Origin: Planctomycetota bacterium
GTDB taxonomy: Bacteria; Planctomycetota; UBA8108; UBA1146; JAJFFE01
Assembly: GCA_050246115.1 (NCBI GenBank)
Contig: JBFWWP010000004.1
Span: 98,521-162,520, forward strand
Reading direction: 5' to 3'
Length of the DNA: 64,000 nt
In this document: positions 48,833-57,751 of the stretch, one piece after another
Numbering within the stretch: position 1 is the stretch's first letter
Layout: every line of letters starts with the position of its first letter
Made by a program: the position numbers and the translations under genes
Notes under the pieces: generated by a model
The model's input: the letters and a program-made list of their open reading frames with translations, nothing else
What the model was told of the DNA's origin: nothing
Database searches by the model: none

Positions 48833-49861
48833 CGAGTCGCCCCCTCACCACGGGGACGTCTGCGGTCCGTCGCCAACGTACCGTCGAGTGGCGCGACGAA
48901 GGTCTGCCGTTCGCTACGAACGCGCACTTCGTTGCGGGCGCGATGGTCAAGCCCCCTGCACCCACCCCCGAACTCGGAATCACCCGAGCTGGAGGCGTGA
49001 CTTCCCCTAAGCATGACAGAGTCCTCCCGGTGCCCGTGGATCTCGCCTGGCTACCGAACGTGACGCCTGCTGTGCCGCTGCTTCTCGGAGGGGGGATGTG
49101 GAGAATAACACAACCCAAGCCGGTGATAAGGCCTAGATCCAAAAAAGTCGGGCCGAGGAGGGGTGGTGGCGAGGGCGACTCGCTCCCGACCGAGCAACGG
49201 GAGCGAACACACGGGCGGCCAGGACGATCCACACCACGCGCAAGGCCCGGCCGCCCGTTTTCACATGACTCGGTCAGAGGCCGGACCCGACTCCGGGGCG
49301 AGTCGACGCTGCGTCCGGCGGGAGAGCGCCCCGCTTCTTGCGAACGAGGGGGCGCTCGGGCTGCAGAAATGGCAGGGGCGGACGGCCGGTGCTCATCGAA
49401 GCGGGTCGTACCGATTGGCCGTTCGTAGCCCCTATAGGTTCAGTGAAAACAGGCAGCCGGCCTTTTCCTCTTCCAGCACACCAAAACAACAAACCGAGAT
49501 TCCGGCTGCCTGTAGTTCGAAAGTTCTGCTGTTCGAAGCGTCGCGGCGCTCGTCTCGCGCCGCACACCCCTAGCCTCGCACGACGCCGAGTCGTTGGCGA
49601 ACGGCAAACTTTGTCGAGCCGGGAGTCCGGGAATCCCGCCCAAGACAGCCGACTCCGGGCACCCGTGAGCCAACGCTGCCGATCGGAGTCGACGGGCCTT
49701 GAAATCACCGGGCCCGCGCGACACTCTTGACCCACGCGCTCGTGCCGCTTCCGCCCGACACGGTCGACCGGGGGCCGGTCGCCCGCCGCGTCCAGGCCCC
49801 CCGTCTTGGGCCGCCAGACTCGAGAGTCTCGCGCATCGCCGTGCGAGTCGAAGGAAACAGC

Positions 49862-51340
<1,479 letters not shown>

Positions 51341-51389
51341 CGGCGCCCCGACCCAGACCGAAGAACGTTCGCCGCAGATCGCTCGATGG

Positions 51390-52493
51390 TTACCACGAGA
51401 GCTTGATCAACCACAGCAGCGAGAACGTCTTTCGCTCCGGAGTGCGTTTGTAGCCAATGAGGTTGAGCAATGCGCCCCAAGAACGGGTCTGACGATGCTC
51501 CGTGCCGAACACGTCGGAGTTGCGGTCGTAGTCGAACAGGATTCCCCAGATCAAATCCAAGTCCGTGTACTCGGCATTGCTCTTGTAATCGCACAGGAAC
51601 GGCAGCTTGAACGAGACGTGGGTGGGCAGGCTCCGCAGCGGTCGGAAGCTGTCCTGCACGATCTTGGGACCGCGACGAATGGCGACTGCGAAGGAATCGC
51701 CCGCGAGGGCGGTCGCCTCCAAACGGCTGACAAAGGCCTCGGCGTCGCTCGTCGCCTCTGCGCCGGTCGCAACCAGTACATCCCCAACGCGCACTCGCGA
51801 GTAGAACGCCGGGGTCCCGCCCCGAATCGACATGACGATGACGCCGGACTCGTCGGGTTCGACCAGGTACTGCCGGAGGCGACCATCTAGGCTACCAAAA
51901 GTGAAACCGGCGTGCGGATCCACCACCGTGCCGAGGCGGATGGGCTCGTAGTCGTCGGTGCTCACGGATTCCGTCGTCAGCTGGACCTCGAGCGGGAAGG
52001 TGCGAGGCCCCCGTTGGATGTTGAGGAGCACTGGCTGATCGAGGGCATGATTGCGAACCAGGTGGCTCAGGCGTCCGGGGTGACCGAGTGGCTCCCCGTC
52101 GAGCTCGAGGATCACGTCTTCGGCCACGAGGCCGGCGCGAGCCGCAGGGCTCTCCGCCTCGACCGCGGTGACGCGTAGCCCGACGAACGGTTCGGCGCCG
52201 GCCGCGGGACGCTCTTCGACAGCCGTCGTGCGGACCCCCAAGAACGGAACCGCACTCACGAGGGTTCGACGCAGGGTGATCTCATGATCGCCCGTCACTT
52301 GGTAGTAGAGCGCGGTCAACTGTTTCCCCTCGGGGACCGGAACTCCGGGTCGAACCGGAATCTGGATCTGCCGGTCACTCGGCCCCCGCGGGAAGCGGAG
52401 CCCACCCGTCCCTTCGCACAAGGACGACTGAAACAGGCCGCATAACATCACCAGTACCGCGATAGCCGTGGATCTCGGGAGCAAGTTCTTCAT
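51390..52493 (-). CDS. Secreted protein with two PDZ domains (no protease domain)
   Basis: Trimmed to 'MKNLLPRSTAIAVLVMLCGLF' (signal peptide). PDZ-like 'GLRVTAVEAESPAARAGLVAEDVILELDGEPL' and 'GVIVMSIRGGTPAFYSRVRVGDVLVATGAE'. No GDSGG-type serine-protease motif. Confidence 0.65.
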   Translation of the reverse strand: MKNLLPRSTAIAVLVMLCGLFQSSLCEGTGGLRFPRGPSDRQIQIPVRPGVPVPEGKQLTALYYQVTGDHEITLRRTLVSAVPFLGVRTTAVEERPAAGAEPFVGLRVTAVEAESPAARAGLVAEDVILELDGEPLGHPGRLSHLVRNHALDQPVLLNIQRGPRTFPLEVQLTTESVSTDDYEPIRLGTVVDPHAGFTFGSLDGRLRQYLVEPDESGVIVMSIRGGTPAFYSRVRVGDVLVATGAEATSDAEAFVSRLEATALAGDSFAVAIRRGPKIVQDSFRPLRSLPTHVSFKLPFLCDYKSNAEYTDLDLIWGILFDYDRNSDVFGTEHRQTRSWGALLNLIGYKRTPERKTFSLLWLIKLSW

Positions 52494-52506
52494 GGCGTCA
52501 CTTTCA

Positions 52507-53685
52507 TTAGGAGCGGCCGCGCCGCACTTTGTTCGCTGGCTGTTCGTCCCACACGCGGCGATATGCCGCCACTCGTCGCTGATCGGCATCGAGTTCCGCC
52601 GGTGGCTCCTCGCGTCCGAACCAGTTGCCCATCACGCCGAGCAGGCCCGCACCCGCAGGTGTCGCGGGAACGGACACGTCCCACGGGGCAAAGAACGCAT
52701 CGAGTTCGGCGAGCGCGAGACGACGCACTTCGGGTTGACCATCGTCGAAGAGTTCGAACAGGGTAGTCACCGCCCGCGGGTGCCCCCAATCGACCTCGAG
52801 GCGATAGCGCCCCTTCTCGCGATGCACGGCGCACGCCTTGCCCGCCGCCAAGTCGGTCACGGGCGTCGTCCCCGGCGGCGACGCTACGGTCGGCGCAGAC
52901 ACCGCGAGCGCCCGGTCATCACGACCTGAATCCGCCGGCCGGTCGGGACCTTCTCGGGTCGGTCGCTCCGGCTCGGGGGGGCGCGCCGCGAGGGTGAACT
53001 CGAGGGCGGCGAAGCCTCGCTCGAGATCGAGCAAACGAGCTTCAAGGGGACTCAGGTCCACCGTCGCCGGGCTCCCCCCTCGGGCCGCGACCTCGGCGCG
53101 GACGGCGAGAAGTTCACGCCGAACATCCAACAGCCGACGCTCTTGGTCCTCCGATTCGCGCGCCAGCTCGTCGGCGAGCGCACCCGTGCGTGCACGAATC
53201 GACTCCACGGCGGTCCGGAGTTCAGCCAGCCGGTCGCGGCCGTCCCGCGTGGCCACGGAGACGCCGTTCAGCTGCTCGTCGGCCTGCTCGATCCACCGTT
53301 CGATCCGAGTCGTTTCCTGGCTCCGGGCGACGGTGAGCGCGCGGAGCTGCTCCTCGAGACCCCACCGGCGCCATTCCGAATGAAGCAGCAACAGGGCCAG
53401 GGCGATCCCGGCGGCAGCCGCGGCGCGCCGGGGCCAAGCGGGGCCAACCGACACGGCACCGGAGCTCACCGATCGCGCGATCACCTGCTCGGTGAACGCG
53501 GCGGGCACCGGCGCCCGCGGCAAGGCGCGCAACTCGCTCAAGGCCGACTGGAAGTCGAGCCAGCGCGTGCGGCACGGCTCACACGCCGCCAAGTGTTTGC
53601 GGACGTCTTCGGCTTCGACCACGTCGAGGTCTTCGTCGTGAAGAGCCGACAATCGCTCGATCACCGCTTGGCAAGTACTGCTCAT
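52507..53685 (-). CDS. Putative anti-sigma factor (zf-HC2-like N-terminus, TM segment, extended coiled-coil periplasmic region)
   Basis: 'HLAACEPCRTRW' HC2-type motif. TM 'AAAGIALALLLL'. Immediately downstream of, and overlapping by 4 bp with, the ECF sigma gene. Confidence 0.6.
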   Translation of the reverse strand: MSSTCQAVIERLSALHDEDLDVVEAEDVRKHLAACEPCRTRWLDFQSALSELRALPRAPVPAAFTEQVIARSVSSGAVSVGPAWPRRAAAAAGIALALLLLHSEWRRWGLEEQLRALTVARSQETTRIERWIEQADEQLNGVSVATRDGRDRLAELRTAVESIRARTGALADELARESEDQERRLLDVRRELLAVRAEVAARGGSPATVDLSPLEARLLDLERGFAALEFTLAARPPEPERPTREGPDRPADSGRDDRALAVSAPTVASPPGTTPVTDLAAGKACAVHREKGRYRLEVDWGHPRAVTTLFELFDDGQPEVRRLALAELDAFFAPWDVSVPATPAGAGLLGVMGNWFGREEPPAELDADQRRVAAYRRVWDEQPANKVRRGRS

Positions 53686-54302
53686 GCTTCCTCCCGTCGC
53701 TCGTTACCGCCGCGCAGCGCGCGGTGGTAAAGCTCCTCGAACTGCTTGCGCGCTCGATGGAGTCGACTTTTCACCGTTCCGACTTCGCAGCTCAGAACCT
53801 CGGCCATTTCCTCGTAGGACAGTCCTTCGTAGTCCCGCAGCAGCATTAGAGTCCGGGGTTGGTCGCCCAACTGGGCAAGCACTGCCTCGACCAATGCCCG
53901 CACCTCCTCGCGCTCGATCGACTCCGCCGGCGCCTCCGGGGTCCAGCTCGCCGGACCGCTCGGATCTTGGCGGTAGCGGTCCAGGTGGACGATCCGACTC
54001 TTGTGGGCGCGGAGATGGTCGCGGGCAGCGTTCACGGCGACCGCCAAGATCCAGGCGGTCGCGCTCCCGTCGGGGCGGAAACTCGTGGCCCGTTGGAGCA
54101 CTCGCAGGAAGGTATCCTGCGCTAGGTCCAAGGCCGCCTCTCCATCGCGGACGATCCGGAGGATGAGATTCACGACGCGATGCTGATACCGAGCGACGAG
54201 TTCCTCGAAGCACGCGGGGGTGCCCGTGGCGACCCCGACGAGGCACCGCTCGTCGCTCCAGGTCGCGGCCGCCGTGGGTCTCGATCGCTCGACACGTCCG
54301 GG
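53682..54302 (-). CDS. ECF-family RNA polymerase sigma factor (sigma-70 regions 2 and 4)
   Basis: 'FEELVARYQHRVVNLILRIVRDGEAALDLAQDTFLRV', 'LSYEEMAEVLSCEVGTVKSRLHRARK'. Track ORF trimmed to the GTG at 54302, which has GGAGGAG 9 nt upstream. No ATG/GTG/TTG lies closer to the region-2 onset. Confidence 0.8.
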   Translation of the reverse strand, partial: PGRVERSRPTAAATWSDERCLVGVATGTPACFEELVARYQHRVVNLILRIVRDGEAALDLAQDTFLRVLQRATSFRPDGSATAWILAVAVNAARDHLRAHKSRIVHLDRYRQDPSGPASWTPEAPAESIEREEVRALVEAVLAQLGDQPRTLMLLRDYEGLSYEEMAEVLSCEVGTVKSRLHRARKQFEELYHRALRGGNERREEA

Positions 54303-54336
54303 CACCAACACCTTCTCCTCCCCCCGCACCCCGCCT

Positions 54337-54407
54337 CGATCTACGGCCGCCGCACGCCGTTGTTCCCGAGTTTCCGGCCAAAAGTGACCGCCCAAAAGTG
54401 ACCGCCC
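54337..54407 (-). promoter_or_regulatory. Candidate autoregulated ECF-type promoter (GGGAAC-N16-CGTA) with a tandem 15-bp direct repeat 'CCAAAAGTGACCGCC' x2 just upstream of the -35
   Basis: On the minus strand: 'GGGAACaacggcgtgcggcggcCGTAg' (plus coordinates 54342-54367), ~40 nt upstream of the GTG 54302. Direct repeats at 54378-54392 and 54393-54407. Confidence 0.3.
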
Positions 54408-54621
54408 CGAAGAAACGTTCGCCCGGATCCCGGGGGCGACCTGGCTCCGCCGCCGATCGGCAGACCGCGGCGCCGCCCCCGCTCCAGCCCGGGTAGCGTG
54501 CGCGGAGCAATCGGCTAGAATACCCATCCCGCGGTCGCCGTGTTCGCTCGGCGCGCCGCGACGGGAGTCGCCTCGCGAGCAACCCTAGGCAACGGCCGCA
54601 GCGCAGTAGAGAGGAGAGCCG

Positions 54622-55335
54622 ATGTTGGACACGCCCGAGCTCACCTTCTCGCTACTGCTTTGGCCCACGTTCTTGGTTTTCCTCAACGGCGCACTGATGA
54701 CCTTCGCCTACATCTGCTTCGAAACGCTGCGCGAAGACCCATGGTGGAAGCTCATCACGGTCGTCTACCTGTTGATGTGTCTCGGCGCGTACCTCCAACA
54801 GCTGCCCGACGGCGCGGTAAACAACCCCGTCACCTACTGGGCGTACATGGTCGCGTTCTCGGGGTCGCTCCCGGTGTTCCTCTACGTGAGCGTCGGTGCG
54901 ATCTCGGCTGCCTTGGCGCAGTTGTCGCTGGGTTATCCTGCGAAGGACCCACTCTACTCCCAACGTGCCCGTTGGCACCGCAAGCTCCGGCGCGCCTTGA
55001 GGCGTGGCGACCTACGACTCCTCGAGGCCAGGCTTGCCGACCTCGGCGACCGGCCGACGGACCCGGTACTCCGCAGCCAGTTGATCGACCTGTACCTGGG
55101 TCTCGGCGATGTCGATGGCGCCCTCTACCACGCCTACGCGTTGGTGGAACTGCTCCCGCGCGGCCACGCCCATGGCTATGCGCTCTATCGGTTGGCGCAG
55201 ATCTTGGTCGAGCAGCGCAAGCGCTTGGACGCCGCGCAGCCCTACCTGCGCCGCATCATCCGGTTGTATCCGCGTTCCTTCTTCGCGAGCTACGCCCGGC
55301 GTCTCGTGAATCAGTTCGAGGCCTACGCGGAGTAG
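54622..55335 (+). CDS. Hypothetical membrane protein (N-terminal TM helices, C-terminal TPR-like helical domain)
   Basis: 'LLLWPTFLVFLNGALMTFAYICF', 'LITVVYLLMCLGAYL'. C-terminal 'LGDVDGALYHAYALVELLPRGHAHGYALYRLAQIL'. Confidence 0.5.
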   Translation: MLDTPELTFSLLLWPTFLVFLNGALMTFAYICFETLREDPWWKLITVVYLLMCLGAYLQQLPDGAVNNPVTYWAYMVAFSGSLPVFLYVSVGAISAALAQLSLGYPAKDPLYSQRARWHRKLRRALRRGDLRLLEARLADLGDRPTDPVLRSQLIDLYLGLGDVDGALYHAYALVELLPRGHAHGYALYRLAQILVEQRKRLDAAQPYLRRIIRLYPRSFFASYARRLVNQFEAYAE

Positions 55336-55344
55336 CCGCTGACC

Positions 55345-57399
55345 ATGGAAGCGGTGATCTCGGTCGCGTCGACCTGCGTCCTGCACCTGCCGCTGCTGCT
55401 CGCCTCGCGTCGATTCAACCGTTGCTTCTTCCCCGCCGAGTGTCGCGCTCAGGAATGGCTGCAGATCTTCTTCGTGGCCTGCGTCATCTGGCGCCTCGAG
55501 ACATTGCTCCTGCACGCGTGCGGGGCGGTCCATTGGCCGGCGGTGGTCGGCGCCCATGTCTTGATCTGCGCCGCGTGCAGGATCGCTACTTCGCGAACCG
55601 TCACTGCCCCTCCGGGCGCGGCCACACCGGCACCCCAGAGCGGTGGACCGACGACGTTCGTGGCTGCGGGCTGGATCGTGCTGCTGGCGGCTCTCGCCCT
55701 CCACCGCGTCGTCTTTCTCCCGGATCCTTACGACGCACTCACCTACCACCTCATGCTCCCGGTGCACTGGCTGCAGACGGGAAGCCTTCAACTCCTTGCG
55801 ACACCGTTCGGCGACGCCTCGCCTGGCTACACCCCGGAAGCGGTCGAGGGGTTCTTCCTCGCGCTGATGCTCCCCAGCGGACACGACTCCTTGGCACGCG
55901 TCGGTCAGTTGCCGCTGGTGCTCGCCGCCGCCTACTTGGTGTTCGACCTGACGCGACGTGAGCGTCGAGAGTCGCCGACTTGGGTGGCGGCAGTCGCCGC
56001 GAGCGCGTTCCTGCTGCTGCCGGATCTGCTGACTCAAGGAACGAACTCCATGGCCGACGTCGGTGCCGCGGCGTTCTTCCTCGGTGCTTGCCAACAGCTC
56101 ACACGTTACCGTGACGAAGGAAGCGCGGCGCGCGCAGTCCTCGGCGGCGCACTCGCAGGTCTCTTCGTCGCGAGTCGCTTCCCGGCCTTGCTCGCGTTCC
56201 CCCTCCTCGTAGCGCCATGGGTCGTGACGCTGCGCCGCAACAAGCGCCACGCGGCGCTGTTCCTCGCGTCGACCCTGGCGACCGGCGCATTTCCATACCT
56301 TCGCAACTGGATGCTCACCGGCAATCCGGTCTATCCGCTCGCCGTCGACTTCGTGGCCGGACTCGGGTTTCCTGGGCTCTTCACCCGCGACGCCATGACC
56401 CAGTCGATCTTCCACCTCGAAGGTCAAAAGCTGCTCGACTACTACCTCTACTACTTGCGCGCGGGCCTCGGATGGTGCGCCGCCGGAGTGATTGCGCCGC
56501 TCCTGTTGTACCGACGCCCAACGACGTTGGGGTACGCACTCGGCGGGGCAGTGCTCCTCTGCTTGCAGCTCTTCGTCATGCCCTTCAATGCCAATGGTCG
56601 GTTCATCTTCCCCGCCTGGGCCTGGCTGGTCATCGCGGCCGCGAGCGCGCTCGGCGCCTCCCGGGGTGGCCGCGTGATTTTGGCCATCGGCTGCGGTGCG
56701 CTCGCGTGCGACACCCTGTGGGTGTTCCCGCTCTGGGCCATGAGTCGCGGGCACACCCTCTCGTTGGTCGCCGCAGGAGTCTTCCTTCTGGGGCTCAACA
56801 CCGCCTGGCTCCTTGCGCGGCTGTCGCCCCGGGCCCGCGTCACGAGTTGGGCGACTGCCGCGACGCTCTGGCTCGTCGCCCTAGGGGTCGCCGGGGTGAA
56901 GCGTGAAGCACGACTCGATCGCATCTGGGCGCGAGATCATCGCTACGCCCCCTTTCGCGACGGCTGGCGCACGGTACGCATGGATCTCCCGGCATTGCTA
57001 GCAGCCGACGGCTCGGCTCGACCGCTGCGAATCGCCTATACCGGACTCAACCTGCCCTACCCGCTGACGGGCAGCGCTCTCGCGAACCACGTCACTACCG
57101 TTCCCCTCGACGGCGGCCCGTCCGGTCAGCTCCCCCACGAGCAACGGCTGCGCCTACCCGACTACGACCTCAACCGACACACCGTGGTACTGGCACTCGA
57201 CCGCATGCGACCGAACCGCGCTGCATGGCGTCAGGCCCTCACACGCGACGCGATCGACGTCCTCGCCGTCTACGTGCAACCGGGCCACGACGTTCCCATC
57301 GAGTATCGTTGGGCAACGGCGGACCCCGCGAGCTTCGAACCCATCGACACCGGCGCCGCCGAAGGACAGTTGCTGCTGTTTCGCGTGCGGGAGCCGTAG
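55345..57399 (+). CDS. Polytopic membrane protein, GT-C-fold glycosyltransferase-like (mannosyl/arabinosyl-transferase-type topology)
   Basis: 684 aa, >10 predicted TM helices with large loops ('FLPDPYDALTYHLMLPVHW', 'LAFPLLVAPWVVTL'). Architecture resembles the PMT/ArnT/DUF2029 classes. No precise family assignable by eye. Confidence 0.45.
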   Translation: MEAVISVASTCVLHLPLLLASRRFNRCFFPAECRAQEWLQIFFVACVIWRLETLLLHACGAVHWPAVVGAHVLICAACRIATSRTVTAPPGAATPAPQSGGPTTFVAAGWIVLLAALALHRVVFLPDPYDALTYHLMLPVHWLQTGSLQLLATPFGDASPGYTPEAVEGFFLALMLPSGHDSLARVGQLPLVLAAAYLVFDLTRRERRESPTWVAAVAASAFLLLPDLLTQGTNSMADVGAAAFFLGACQQLTRYRDEGSAARAVLGGALAGLFVASRFPALLAFPLLVAPWVVTLRRNKRHAALFLASTLATGAFPYLRNWMLTGNPVYPLAVDFVAGLGFPGLFTRDAMTQSIFHLEGQKLLDYYLYYLRAGLGWCAAGVIAPLLLYRRPTTLGYALGGAVLLCLQLFVMPFNANGRFIFPAWAWLVIAAASALGASRGGRVILAIGCGALACDTLWVFPLWAMSRGHTLSLVAAGVFLLGLNTAWLLARLSPRARVTSWATAATLWLVALGVAGVKREARLDRIWARDHRYAPFRDGWRTVRMDLPALLAADGSARPLRIAYTGLNLPYPLTGSALANHVTTVPLDGGPSGQLPHEQRLRLPDYDLNRHTVVLALDRMRPNRAAWRQALTRDAIDVLAVYVQPGHDVPIEYRWATADPASFEPIDTGAAEGQLLLFRVREP

Positions 57400-57410
57400 T
57401 CCGCGTCGTG

Positions 57411-57597
57411 CTAAGGAGTCGCCCAAGAGTAACTTCGACATCTTGCCGTCGATTTGGGTCAGATTCGGCCGATCCGGAAAGCTCGGAACCGGAGGCGTAG
57501 CCTTAGTTCCGGTGAGGATTTCGAGGTCTTCGGATCGGTCGAAGATGGCCCGGAGCGACGAGCAAGAGGGTGAAGTTATTCTTGGGCGACTCCTAAC
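57411..57597. mobile_element. MITE-like element, full-length copy, between convergent genes
   Basis: 'ctaaggagtcgcccaagagtaacttc...gaagttattcttgggcgactcctaacc' with near-perfect ~25-bp terminal inverted repeats. Interior ~95% identical to 9184-9371. Confidence 0.6.
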
Positions 57598-57751
57598 CCA
57601 CTCGCGACCTCCCGCAGTCGTGTCCCGAACTCGGGCCCCGCTTGCTCGACGACTCAACAGAAAAAGGGTCGGACCCCTCGTGGGATCCGACCCTTCGAAC
57701 ACTCGTACGCACTAGGGACTCATCGGTCCGAGCCCCTCACGCGCACACCCA

